This document shows, in pieces, positions 26,809 through 40,400 of a stretch of DNA of 64,000 nt; position 1 is the first letter of the stretch, and each line of letters begins with the position of its first letter. The translations under genes were made by a program, and so were the position numbers. The stretch covers positions 62,001 to 126,000 of the forward strand of contig CDMY01000226.1 of the NCBI GenBank assembly GCA_001179505.1. Direction: 5' to 3'. The stretch is from Vitrella brassicaformis CCMP3155. Its lineage: Eukaryota; Protista; Chromerida. Under the pieces are notes generated by a model that did no database searches, was not told the origin of the DNA, and saw only the letters and a list, made by a program, of their open reading frames with translations.

Positions 26809-28856
26809 TCATCCCGTGTAGGGCGGCCGCGGGGCACTCGACGACGACGCCCCTCCGCCCCCCGTCGCAAACGCCCATCCATACGGATATGTCGGGTACC
26901 CGGCCTGGCTGTGGACCTGGGGCCCTTGTTGCTGCTGATGCTGCTGATACGTCCCCTCAGCAGCCATTCGCCCCCCCTGGTGGCCACCAGCGGCTCCAGC
27001 ATAGTACTGCTGGTATGTCTGCTGCTGCTGCTGGTCCACAGATGGCGGCAGCATTGGGCTGGCAGGCCGCTCGTACGCGAGATGCTGTGGTGGCCGTGGG
27101 TATGCGCCAGGCGGCCGTGCAGTGACGGAGGCGAAGGGCGACGATGAGCTGGCGGGAGCCGCCTGGGCCATAGGGGTGGTGGGGTAGGGCATCTGTGCTG
27201 CTGCTGCTGCTGGATAGGCCGACGAGTATGCCTGTGGGTGGGAGAAGAACTGGTGCGGCCGGATCTGTGTGATGGGCGGAACAGGGCCCATGACAGTGCC
27301 GGACTCCATCGACGCGCGGGTGCCTGACAGACGGCCGCCACCACTCGGGGAACCTCCACCCCCCCCGTTCTGCCTCTGCACACACGCAGACACACACAGA
27401 GACACAACACGTGCGGTGTGGGAGGGCGGATGGTGTCTCTGCCTGCCTGTGGGTCCCTGTGCGCCGGGCCCCTGTGTAGTGTACCTCAGTGGCCAGGTGC
27501 ACGAAGCAGAGTCGGTCATGGATGATCTGCTCGCAGTCCAGCAGCGCCCGATGCGCCGCGTCGACGTCAGTGAAGGTGACGAACCCAAATCCACGTGACA
27601 TCCCGTAGCGGTCGTAGAGCACCACCGACTCGTGCACTTTCCCATACTGAATGTCATTAACCACACAGCATACCACCAGGGACAGACACACACCGGAATG
27701 GCTACTGGATACATACGCTGGTTTGGGCATTCTGGTGACCCACCGACACCGACCTGTGCGAAGGCCCTCTCGAGAACGGATGGCGTAACCGAGTGCGGCA
27801 GATTGCGTACGAACAGCTTCCGGCGCGCAACGTCGTCAGGTGCGTCGAGGCCATACATGTCGGCGGCGATGCCCACCAGCACCTGCCGGCGGTCGATAAC
27901 CATCGGAGTCGTCGCCGCTCTTCTCGCTGCCTCCATCGTCTGAAAAGTCACGAAACCATAGCCGCGGCTCCGACCCAAATGGTCACGAACCACAACTACA
28001 CACAGGAAGGATCCAACATGCGCACGGCATTGTGTGTGTGTGTGTGTGTGTCAATGACGTACCAGCCTCCTCAATCTCGCCGAAGCGGCTGAACTCCCTG
28101 ATCAGGACACTCTGGTCAGACGAGTAGGGGAGGTTCTTCACATACGTCCGACGGTGGGCACGAGACTAAACGACAAACACACAAAGCAGGTCTGTGATAA
28201 CATGATAATTGGAATCGCGTCTCTCGGTCGGTCGCTCCTCTCTGCCCCACTCACTCACCCGTCCGACGACTCTCATGACCTCCGTTCTGACGGCATTGCT
28301 GTTGGCGCTTGTTGGCAGCCTGCCGGCGCAAGCTTGCGCCAGCATCTCAATGAGCTGCAGCCGCGTCAAGGGAGCCAGCAGCCGCCGATAATCGTCAAGC
28401 GACGACACCGGAGCGCCCCCTCCCTCACCAGGGCCCCGCACGACGACCGCAGATCCCTCACCACTCGGTGGCCCAGAGCTCGCCGCGGCTGCAGCAACAG
28501 CAGCTGGAGGGGGTGCGGATGGCTCATACGGCTGTGGCGAGGATGTGGGAGGTTCAGACGCTCGTCGGTGGCTGGGCTGCGATACGTCTGGTGGCTGTGG
28601 CGGGCTGCTGTGAGGAGGGGCAGTGCGGTGCTGCGATAGCCCCCGAGGGACGGGTGGAGCCGATGGTTCTTGGGAAGCTAAGCTGGTGGAGGGATGGGAG
28701 GGAGATGGAGAGCCAGATGGAGACGACGCAGGATGAGGAGGGGCACGGCCTGCAGCACACACACATGACACAACACTGCCGCTGATCGATTGACTGAACT
28801 GATGCCACCATCTTGCTTGTGGGAATGAATGGGTATGGACCTGGCGGCTGAGCCAT
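26809..28856 (-). CDS. Two-RRM RNA-binding protein resembling plant UBP1-associated protein 2 (hnRNP-like)
   Basis: RRM1 RRTYVKNLPYSS...RSRGYGFVTF; RRM2 RKLFVRNLPHSV...MSRGFGFVTF. These are preceded by LDDYRRLLAPLTRLQLIEMLAQAC, similar to the helical segment before RRM1 in plant UBA2. Q/Y/P-rich tail. Confidence 0.88.
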
Positions 28857-29434
28857 TGAGTGTTTCTGCAGGGGCAGGTGATCACTGACATGCTGTCAGC
28901 ACGAGGCCGTGGCGCATTGAGCCGATGGATGAGACAGCCGGTGCTCGGAACACAGCACCAGGAAGGCACCCAGCCATCCTCACATCAGTAGTCCTTGCTG
29001 CTATGGCGTCACTCAGAGGAATCATGACCAAGAGGGTGGCGCAGCTGTGCGTGGCGTTTGTGGGTGTCAGGGCGCCTCAGCAGCCGGGGTCTGCGCTGGC
29101 AAGTCGAGTCGCGCCTGAGGTAGGACAAGCACCAAGGACGACAATCCAGAGACCAGCGCGCAGATCTCGCTTTATGTACTGTGCTGCGCTTACGCACGGA
29201 AGTGCCGGGCCCTGGGGAAGGGCGGTCCGCCGGAGGTCACTCGCGACTGCAAGCTTGGAAGAAGCCTGGAGGAGTGAACGGAAGAATCCCATGACGGCAC
29301 TGGGTAGACCACGCTTTATCCAAGATGACGGCACAAATCCATCTGCTGAGCTTTTTTTGTTTGTTCAGAGTTTGTGCGCGACTAGTCCTGTGTTTGCTGC
29401 ACGCGCTGTGCTGGGCTGAGTCCATCCGTCTATA

Positions 29435-31347
29435 ATGGCGGGCCGCACCATCCCGGCGCGCATGAAAGGTCTCACCGACCTGCTGCGGACATTCGGTTTG
29501 AAGCCTGGTTGCAGCGAGAGGGAGCTCAAGGCGGCGTACCTCAAGGCGGCCAAGAAATGCCATCCCGACACTACGGAGTCGCAGGGGCCCACGGACGACC
29601 ACATGAAGTTTGTGCAGGTGGGCATCTACGACATGGATGTCAAGCGTCCTGTCCTGTCATCTATCTGGTGTCTGTCTGCCGGTGCAGATGAAGGAAGAGT
29701 ACGAGAGAGCCATGTCGATAATGCAGGGCCGTGAGGCCGCCAGCACTTCAGCCTCACCGGAGAGCGGCCCGACCTCCGAGGCCCGCGATGACGCCTGGCG
29801 GCAGCGCCACGACTTCACCCGGTCGCCCTTCGGGCAGTACTACACACACGGAGGCGGGGCTGGCGAGGGCTGGCACTCCCAGTACAGACCGGGCGAGTCA
29901 GCCGACCGCAGCCAACGGCGCCAACAGCGCCAACAGGAAAGGTCATCCTTCCACAGCAGCTCCGCATACCACGAGCGGTACGGCCACCGATTCCACGACG
30001 AGTCCATACCGCCATTCCGCGCTATTGTCAAAATGGCCACCTTCTTCGGCGGGTCCGTGCTGGCGATCTCTCTCTATCGGTCGATGTCTCGGCGGCGCGA
30101 CATGAGTGCCTATGACCATCATGCGTACGGCTCAACGGCAAGTGAGGACAGCGGCGAGCCGTCTGAGGAGGAGGAGGCCGTGGAACGACTCGGGGAGAGA
30201 CTGCCTTCGGGGTCGTCGGCCAAGGAGGAGCAACACACGGACACAGAAGTGAGGCCACCGCACATCACAAAGAATATGTCCGTCGATATTGGGGATCGTA
30301 TCGTTATGCTTTTTGCATTGCTGGCTGTGTGTGTGGATGTGATACATGCAGGATGAGCAGCATGTCCACCACGTGTCCGCGGGGGCAGTCAACAACCCGC
30401 CACAGCCGCTGGGCACGACGCATGCCCAGTTCAAGTGGCAGGCCCCGTCCATCCACATGCCCCTCGGCAACGCCATGGGATGGATGCCCATCTCATCAAA
30501 CACACCTCCACCAAGACAGGTCAGCACCAATCAATATTCGATCGGGCCACGCGCGTGTGTACCATGCACATGTCCGCCTGCCTGTCTGTCTGCAGGACTC
30601 TGCTGGTGCACCTGAATCAGCCGATGGCAGCGCCGAGGCGGTCTATTCGGGTGATGAGTGGGCAGTCCCGTCGCTCGGCAACACACACGCCGCCAGCGAT
30701 GATTCTTTGGCGGCTGCTCCCCCTCCTCCTCCCCCCTCCCCCACCCCGGCGGAGGCCGCAGAAGTGCGCAAGAAGATGGCACAGTACTACAGAAACAGAG
30801 TACGTAACAGTGACGGACGGCGGTGCACCTGAATGAGTCCCTCCTTGCCGTCCATCTCTGTTCCCACGGTGGGGCTGTCTTGGGGTGTGTTGTGTTGGGG
30901 TGTTTAGGCCATCAAGGCCAAGATCAAGTCGCCCAAGACGAAGAGATACGACCCGCAGAAACACAAGCACACGGTGAGCGCGCATGCCGCCACAACCAAT
31001 TCACTCATCGCTGAGCCCACCAGTAGATACGCTGTTTGTTCCGTCAGAAGGCGCCATCCACTGCGTTTCACGATGAGGAGGGCCACACGGATGCCGCTGA
31101 GGCTACCGCTACCGACGAGCTGGAGGTGCGGGGTCACCACGAGGAGACCAGATGGATCGAGGGCAAGGGCGGACTCAGCGGCGGCGGCGTGCGGGAGGCC
31201 TATAAGGACGAGAGCTTCAAGACTGGCGGCGCCTTTCAGCAGTTCATCGATGCCTTCTCCGAATGGAAACGCGTCAACGAGAGGCTCCGGGAAAACACAA
31301 TGAGGCAGCAGCAAGGCCCCTCCAAGCCGCCTAGCGAGTTCGCGTGA
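29435..31347 (+). CDS. J-domain (DnaJ type III) protein with one probable transmembrane segment
   Basis: LLRTFGLKPGCSERELKAAYLKAAKKCHPD (HPD motif); hydrophobic IVKMATFFGGSVLAISLY; about six exons ending PSKPPSEFA*. Confidence 0.85.
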
Positions 31348-32046
31348 ATGAACATCGATGTCGAGAGAGTAGAGTGAGTGGCCTCTTTATGGCCTCGCAA
31401 GTCACTCACCCAGCTCGGATGTAGAGAGAGAGATGGGATGCGAGTGTGGATGGATGGATGGATGTACAGTAGAGAGGGGCGGGTGGGAGGGAGGGAGGGA
31501 GGGAGGGAGGGCAATTCGATCGATGGTTCAGTCGAAAATGGGACTGGTACGCTGTATCCCAGGCGCCTAGCATTTTGCGTGTGCCATTGGGTGTTTTGTG
31601 TGGACATTGCACAGCCAGCTCGTAGCGGCGGCAATCTACGTGTGGTCGATCGTCTTGCTCATGATGTCGACTGCACCGCCGCGGTCGTTTCAGGGCGTTC
31701 TGATACGGCGTGGTTGCGGTGCGATGCGCTTGATGAGCAAGGCGATTAATTGCACAGAGCACGTCAATGTTGGTTTTCGTCGTCTGTTGAGCGGAGTGTC
31801 ATTGCGTGATCTCTAATCTCTACAGCACAGTGAGTGCACATGTATCGCTCTAGCTGACCCAATCCATGTGTCGCGGGCCGCCTCCCTCGTCTCACTCACC
31901 GACATGCGGTGCGGCACCACAATCAAAGCTCTATCTATCTAAAGCCACAATAAAGGACAGACTGATGCAAACAGACATCGATCGACAAAACATCATCCAT
32001 ACACTCAGACCACATATCCACTTGGCGCCCCTCCCTGTCTCTCTGT

Positions 32047-35000
32047 CTACTTGTCCACTGTATCATCAGCGTCTTGCCTCTTGCCGCCTACAATCGGGGG
32101 CGGCGGTGAGGGCGGCTCCGACATATGGATATGCCAATCACTTCTCGATGTCGCCGGCTCCGAGGGCGTGTCAATATTACGCCGCCTCACATCTTGACCG
32201 CCAGTAGCAATGGGTATGTGATCGAGGGAAGCGGACAGGCTCGACAAAGAATTTTTGTAGGACTCCAGTGTCTCGAGCAGGTGCCTCTCGAGCCACCGCT
32301 TCTTCGGTGATGTCTCGGGGTACACACTGGTCGTCTGCACCAGAGAGGTACACTGCTCGTCGGCTTTATGCTTCAGGTCACTCAAGACTGCCTGTGATGA
32401 GACAAGGGCCTTCTGCAACTGCTGATTCTCACTCAGCAACTGCATGACACACACACACACACACACACGCCAGACACAGAGGTCGATGTAGGAACGCAGG
32501 ACAGACACGAGGAGGACGCCTACGCGGACCCATATATGCTTACATATTCGAATTCGCGTAATCACCTGGGAGGCCTCTTTTGAAGTATGGCGCATGTCAC
32601 GCTTCAGACTCTTGACCAATGATTTAAGCCTCACGATCTCCCGGCTGTCCTCCTCCTGTCTCTGCTGCCCCACGGCCTGGGCATCCCGGACCGCGGCGGC
32701 CTTGAGGTGCGTCAGCTGATCCTTGGCCACCTGCTCGCCCCGGCTGGCCTCATTCATTGCGCGCAGCAGTGACTCTTTCTCTGTGGCCAACTCCAGCCGC
32801 TCCTGCCGATTGATACATACATGAAAAGACATACATACAGTGCATGACATAACAAAGACACAGCGTCGGTTGTATGTGAGTGTCACTCGAGGCTGTGTGT
32901 GATGTGACCTGCTTAAGGTGGAGCAGCTCAGATTGCAGCCTGTTCTCCCTTTCCTGTCGCTCAAGGTCCTCCTGCGCTCTCCGCTTTCGCCAAGTGTGAT
33001 CCATCGCTTCCTTTTCTGACTGCAGCAGCGCCAGTTGTGTCTTTGCGTTCCTCTCCCAGCTGGCTCCCTCCCTTCGGATGGCGGCGACTTCCGCTTTGAA
33101 GGCACTCTCGGTCTGCGATCACGGATGGAATGGAAACATGGGTCAGACCGTCTCAGCTGAAGCATGTTTGCTTACTTGGCTGTGTTTGTCTTTGAGTGTC
33201 TGCAGTTGGCTCTGAAGGTGCTGCTCGCATGCATGCTTTTCTTGGACAAGGGCCATCATTTGCTGTTTGAGGGCCGCCTCCATCTCTTCCTTTTCCCGCC
33301 GCAGATGCTCACAGTCGTCAGCGAAGCGCCGCAGAGACTCTGCTTTGTTGCCGACCTCTCTACGAAGCCGTTCCAACTCCTTGGTGCTCTTGGCCTGTCC
33401 ACAAAGGCACATGGTGCGGGTCTTGCTCTTTGTTTGAGGCACCCCACGCACCTGCAAATCTGCGATGTCTTCCCTCAGGGTCTTCTCCTGTCTGGTGGCT
33501 GCCTCACGAACTGCTTGCAGATCGTTTTCGAGGTCGACCTTGAGTTGGGCATAGTGGGCTTGCACACGACTGAAAGAACATGCGGGATGGATGGATAGAA
33601 AATGGGCTGTTTCTGGTGTGCGTGCTGGGTGCGCTTACTTCACTTCGTCGGTGCCATTGCGCTTCATGGCCTTGAGCTCCCGTCTCTCAGCCTGCATCTC
33701 TTGTCGCATGGCCGCCATCGTCTTTTCCGCCTCCTGCCGACGATCTCTTTCCGAATCTAGCAAACCGTTGAGTTTCGCCTTGTCTGGAAAAGCATAGCAA
33801 AATAAAGACGCGTGTGTGCATGGCAGATTATCCATGCCGTACTGTGTAGGTAGGTACCTCCTTGCAGAGATGCAACGGTCTCTTGCAGATTTGCATTTTG
33901 ATCGCGCAGAGTCATCATTGTGGAGAGATCCTGCCCCCTCAGCCGTGCAGATATGCCGTCATCGGTGTCCACATGAAGCGTCTCGAAGAGCGGGCGGCTT
34001 CCAAACGTCGCTTGCCCCTGTCCCCCGGTCGCGCCCACGGCGAGCGACGGGGGAAAGCTCTCGATGGGTTGAGCCCTCGAGGAGTGGATAGAAGACTGGA
34101 TTGCTGATATCTGCTCGGCGAGGCCTCTGACTTCTTTCAGCATCGATTCGTCCCCCTTGCTTAGCACCTCTCGCGGCTCCTTCCCTTTCTGCGTTGATAT
34201 TTGGAGCAATTTCTCGAGGGCGGGCACGGGATCAGGCTCAGCAGGGCAGACACCGGCAGCAGCAGCTGCGCTGGGAGGATGGACGGCGACAAGGGTTGAT
34301 TTTGGAGGTGACATTGGCACCACACCCTTTGCAGACAAGGCTCCGGACGGCGGAGTTGAGGGCGTAAGGCTGATGTTGTCGTCTCTTAGCGGGGAGACGG
34401 CCAGCGCCTGCTCTCTTCCTCTTGCAGAAGCCGGCTGCCTATCTTTGTCTGGTTCAGTCCATAGCTCCTCCTTCTGTTGTCGTGCTGTGAGGGCAAGCTG
34501 CTGCTCGAGGGCTCGTACACGGCCTGAGAGCTCCTCTCGCTCTTTGGTTAAGCTCTCGAGCTGCCGCGTCAGGTCCTGGTTTTCCCGCCTCAAGTAGTCT
34601 GCCCTCGCATCAGCCGGTTCCTCACCCATCGACAGCTCTACTAAGCGTTTTTGTTGCAGCCACTCTGTCCCCTCTTTGGCCGGTTGGCGGGGGCGCTGGG
34701 TGAGTGTCACGGATGTCGAGTGCGTTGTCACCGGTGTGGCCTTGATCTGCTCTTTCAGCTGGCGCTTCTCCATGTGTGCCTGCTCGAGCTCTGCTTGCAG
34801 CCTTCGCACGTGTGCTGTGGCATCGTTGAGCTCGCGGGCGGCTCTCTCTGCGGACGAGTCGTGCATGGTCGCCTCATTATTGAGTCTCCGCACTTGGTCT
34901 TCAAGGGCTTCATTCTCGCGTTGCTGTTCCTTAGCCTCCTGCTCCAGCGCTTCATTCTTCCTCTCTAGCATCTCGGCGTCTTTTCGCAGCAGATCAAGTT

Positions 35001-37292
35001 TGCGGACGGCGTCATACAACGTCTCCAAGTCTTCTGGGTCCACACGCTCGTCCTGAACACAGAGGGTCTGCACATGAAGTGGGTGCGTCCGTGCAGCGTC
35101 TGCCCACCTTCTTCTCAGGGGCGGTGATCTCGGAAGACAGGCGTCGGATCTCGTCGTCCTTTTGCTGGGTCTCTGCCGTGAGCCTCGCATTGAGAGTCTC
35201 AAGCTGAGCCACCCTTTTGAGCATTTCAGCATGGGCCTCCTGCTGAGACCGCGATAACGCAGACAGGGCGGTGTCGGCCACCAGCCTTTTGGCCTCCAGC
35301 TGCGCCGTCAGTCTCTTTTCTTCCTCCCTGGCCGTGAAAAAGCCTTGATTGTCATCCGAAACGACACTTGCACGCTTAAGCTCTGTCCTAAGTCGTTCAC
35401 ATTCTTCGTATGTTTTTTGTTGCTCCATGCTCAGCCGCCTGTTTTCTGTCTTGAGTGAATCCATACCCTCGTCAAGACTGTCCACTGTCCTCTTCAGCTC
35501 TTCTGCGTTTGATACTCGTGATTTGATGAGCCGAATGAGGTCGTTCTTGAGAGTCAGCTCCCGGCGTAGATCCTCAATCTCTCGTCGCTCGAGATTGAGG
35601 TCCTCATTTTCTCGCGCTATCTGGCGCACAGTCGTGAAGAAGGATTGCAGCGACCGCTGAGACACCAGTTTGCCGCTGCCACGCCTTTCTGCCAGGTCCA
35701 GGTCTGATGTCAGCTGCCGTTCGAATTGCCGCACTGTCTCCCCAAAAGCGCCTGCCGCCTCTCCGCTTCGTACTCCATGCCCTTTCGTCAACCAGGCAAT
35801 CTCCCGCTCCTTCGCGTCCTTCTCGTGTCTCAGCGTCTGCACCTCAGCGCGGAGTGAATCCACCATGTTCCTTATCTCATTCTCGCCGTCGTCCCTCTGC
35901 TGCACGGTGGATGTGCCGTCTTCAGCAGCCGACTCACATGACTCGAAGGACGGCGCACGGGGGAGAGGGGCTGGCTGCGATGCTGCCGCCAGCCGCTTCT
36001 CCAGTGCCTCAACCTTTTCCTTGAGTCTTCGAGCCTCGTCGTGCCGAGTCACGCTCTCTTCCCAAAGCTTGGCGTTTGCTGCCTGCAGCTCTTTTTTGGT
36101 CTCGAGCAGTCCTTCGTTTTGCTTGACAAGCTGCTCCAATTCGTTTCTCAGCGCTTGGATCGGCTCACCGACGGGCTCGTGGTTGGTACTCACCGTTTGG
36201 GAAAGAGGCGTGTCCCTTCGGGGGACACTTGCTCGAGTGGGTGGCGGGCTGAAGCTGCTGGGAGATGGCGATCCCATGCCCTCCAGCAGCTGATTCTTCT
36301 CATCAAGCTCTGACCGCAGCTGGTGAATCTCGCGCTTCAGAGCAATCCGCTCTTTCTCTCCCTGCCGAAGCTCATGATTCTCGGCAACCAACCGTTCTAC
36401 GGTGTGGTTAAGAGCCGACAGAGTCTGCTCTCCGCCAACCGGACTCGCACCGCTTGTCCTGGCTGTGTCGTGCAGAGCCAATTCCAGCTGACGAAATCGG
36501 TGAGAAAGGTTGTCATAATCCTGCTTGAGCTCAGTATTGACCTCGACCCTGGTTTTCTGCGTCTCCAGCTCTTTCCTGAGCTGCTCGATGAGTCTGTCGC
36601 GGTCGGCGAGGGCGGCTGAGGCCTTTGAGTCATCTGCCATCCTTGGGTGTCGTGCAGCAGAGGATGGCGACTCCAGTACCGACTGGGCAGGCGACTCCAG
36701 CTGGCTTCTGCCTTCATCCTTGACCCTCAGAGTCTGCGCAAGAAGATGAGCTTCTCTTGTGTCTGCTTGCGGGGTGAGGCTTGGGGGAAGAGACGCCGGT
36801 TGTTGAGGACCGTCCAGGTGAAAGAGAGTCCCCAAGATGTATAGGCGGCAATCGGCCAGAACCGACACGACCTCGTTGAGAGCATCTCGAGTCCGCACAT
36901 CGGCATGGCCGATGGCAGACACGACTCTCCCAAGCGCGTCAACCGACCGATTGACAGCTTGTGAGATGCGCTGCGGGTCATCTGCGCAACAAACAATGGC
37001 AGAAAGCCGTGCAAAGGGAGCTCTTTTTGTGGCTTGGCTGACCGAGAGGGGAAGTAGAAGCAACCACAATGTCATGCTGCGAACACGGGAAACAGTTGGG
37101 CGGCCCTTTGCATGATGTGTGCCCTTTTCCATACCGGTTGCCCCTGTGGGCGGGAGGGGCTCCCGAAATGGCCCTCATGCTCAGCTCGTGGGGCAGCTGC
37201 AGCTGGAGCTCCCTTCTGCAATGCACCGATACAAACTGGCATGATGGCTGGAAACCATTCTTACCTACCGATGGTGATTTTGGATGTTTCAT
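32047..37292 (-). CDS. Large coiled-coil protein, function unknown
   Basis: Long heptad-rich ORFs (35012-37132, 33757-35232) plus small exons down to DADDTVDK* at 32047. The 5' exons (MKHPKSPS|KGAPAAAAP...) are tentative. Confidence 0.75.
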
Positions 37293-37488
37293 CTGCTTGC
37301 GCTTTGAGAGTGAGCTTGCTCAGCTTCAAGCTCGCAAGTGTTGCCTCTCTGGCAAGAGGGGGAGGAAGCACAAGTACCTCACCGCTGACTCGGCTGGCGC
37401 AGATCCACGCTTGTCTGAGGCAGCGCCGCGGAGATCCCTTTGATTGATTCATCCTGTGCAGGGACTTCGTTGGGTTGGTCTCACCAAG

Positions 37489-40400
37489 ATGCACGAAGAG
37501 TTCGAGGTGGGTAGCAGGTTCACAGCACAGAGAGGTCAGATCATTCAGATCAGTGCAGCAGTGACTCATCACTTGCCTCCTTCCTGCGTGTGTGCCTGTG
37601 GGTGTCCTGTTCGCTGCAGAAGCTGAAGCCGGTGCGGGCCGGCACGATGAACATGAATCTATCGGACGACAAGGCGTTCGGCATGTTCGGGCCGCCCAAG
37701 CGGATGTCATCCCTGTCGGTGCTGCTGCAGGACAACAGAGAGCTGCTGGCCGTAGGCGAGGAGGAAGGGTCGCCGCAAGCGGCACACGACCGCCGCAGGG
37801 CTGTTCGGGAGGAGTCGCCAGGGACGCCTCAGTACGACTCCGGGCGGGAGAGCCCTCAGCAGCGGTTGACGGGCCACCCGTCGCTGGTGGACCCATTCAT
37901 GATGCGGAACCAAAAGAGGATCCACATGCACTCGGCCGACCTGCAGGACACCTTCTCTCCCGTCCAGAAAGAGCGCCAGCGGTGGAAGCCCTCCCTTCCC
38001 ACCGCACTCAAGTCACTCCACGATGTGTCATTCACCGAGGAGGAGCTCACCGAACTGCCGCAGCAGGACACCGAGGCCCTCAAGGCGGACTTCCCAGTCA
38101 CCTTCGGCCAGCCATACGTGGAACTCACACACGGCCATGCAGGAGGTGGGTGAGCGAGTCAAGCGACACACACACCAGATTTTAATGGCATCGAACTAGC
38201 TACTTACTGTGTTGGTGTGCTGCGCCCGTGTGCCCGTTCGTCAGGTCACAAGGATCGTCGTCCGTTGCGTGTAGGCCTCGTGCTTTCCGGCGGCCCCGCC
38301 CCCGGCGGCCACAACGTCATCGCGGGTGTGTATGATTTCATCCACAAGTGGCACCCTGACTCACAGTTCTTCGGCTTCATGGGAGGCGTTGACGGCATCT
38401 TCGCCTCAAAGTACAAGGTAGGTCGGTCAGAGGCACACTTGTGCCGAGTACGCAAGTGTATGCATTCATTCATTCTGCGATGGTTCCTCTGTGTCGATTG
38501 GCAGCACGTGATGGCCGGTGAGATGGACCGCTTTCGCAACCAGGGAGGCTTTGACATGCTGTGGTCGGGGAGAGGGAAAGTGAGAAACGATGAGGACAAA
38601 GCCAGAGCCGTGGAGGTATACATAGGCACACAGCACCTGAGGACAGCATAGCATGTCCGATTCATATTGATCACTTTGGCTGGCTTTGTGTGAGTAGGTG
38701 TGCCGTCGGCTGGATCTGCACGGGCTGATCGTTGTGGGCGGCGACGGTTCCAACAGCAACGCGGCCCTCCTGGCTGAGCACTTTGGTTCGGCGCTGCCCC
38801 AGTGCGCCGTCATTGGTGTGCCAAAGACAATCGACGGTGACCTCAAGAATGCGGTATGTGCACATGGAGCTTACAGCGACCTGCAGTGACGGCTGGATGT
38901 GTGGTGTGGCTGCAGGTGGTTGAGACGTCATTCGGCTTCGATACGGCGGCAAAGGTCTACTCGGAGCTGATCGGCAACCTCTGCACCGACCTCAGCACAG
39001 CGCAGCACTATTACCATTTCGTCCGTGTGATGGGCCGTTCTGCGAGTCATTTGGTGCTCGAGTGCGCCATGCAGACGCGGCCGAACATGGTCTTCATCGG
39101 AGAGGAAGTCGAGGCCAAAAACATCGGCCTGTCGGTGAGCAGGTGCACGAAGATCGGCGGACACGTGTGCAGCTGACCGTTATGCGTTGTCATCTGTGTG
39201 TGCGTCTGCACTGCAGGAGATCGTCGACAGTGTGATCGATTTGATCGTCAGGAGGGCTGCCATGGTGAGCAAAGCGAAGGCCTGCCTCCATAGCTGGCTG
39301 CATCCATCCACTCGTACCTACCTGGTACGTGTCCATCCTCCTTTTGCTTGTCTGTCTTGTCTTCAGGGGAAGCACTACGGCATCGTGCTTGTGCCTGAGG
39401 GTCAGTCAGTCCAGTCTGGCAGGGCAGCACAGACAGCCATTCTCGCCTCCAACACAACACACACATGTACTGTACGCAACGCATGCTATGCTTCCTGCAT
39501 GCGTGTATGCAGGGTTGATCGAGTTCATTCCCGAGATGAAAGTGCTCATTGGTGACCTCAATCGAGTCCTCAAGGAGGGGGTACACACACACACCAACAC
39601 ACCAACACACACGATCACGATGATAAGCAGGTCATGTTCTGATGCTGTCTGCCTGTCGGTCCGTCCCCATTTCTGTTTGGGTGGCCACTCAGGATTTCGA
39701 CAGGAAGCGTCTATCTCCGCAGGCGGCCAAGGTGTGGGACTTCCTGCCTGAGAGCATCCAGGAGCAGCTCCTCCTGGACAGAGAGGCCTCTGGCTACATA
39801 CAAGTAAGGAAGGTCACACACGCGCACAGACAGACAGACAGACAGACAGCAAATGAGCCAGCCGACAGACATGACCTCTCACTGATTGTGTCTGTCTGTC
39901 TGTCTTGTGCCTTCCTTTTGTCGCATTGCATGGCAGGTTGCCAAGATCGCCACTGAGCGCCTGCTGATTCTGCTCGTCCAGCAGGAGCTGGAGCGCCGCA
40001 ACATCATGCCAGACTTCACTGTGATGCCCCACTACTTTGGCTACGAGGGCCGCTGTGCCATGCCGTCAAACTTCGATGCCAACTACTGCTACGCACTGGG
40101 ACAGACAGCAGGTGAGAAAACGCATTATGTGTAATGACACGATGAGCTCTATACGATGTGCCTCTCCTTCAGGCGCGCTGATCATGAACAACAAGAACGG
40201 CTATATGTCCGTGGTCCGGTACGCCGACCATCCCACACACACACACACACTCCCTCTGTGTGTGATGTGTGAGTGTAAGCGTGTGTCTTGACTCCCAGTG
40301 ATTTGTACAAGCATCCGCGGGAGTGGCGTCCGGCGGGCTGCCCGCTGACTCGAATGATGAAGGTCATCAGCGACGGCAAGAGCACTTTCCCGGGCGTCGA

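Noticed and set aside
37293-37452. Minus-strand ATG at 37452 as the start of the coiled-coil gene
   Set aside because: It would leave only 36 nt to the PFK ATG; a spliced start at 37292 gives a more natural peptide.
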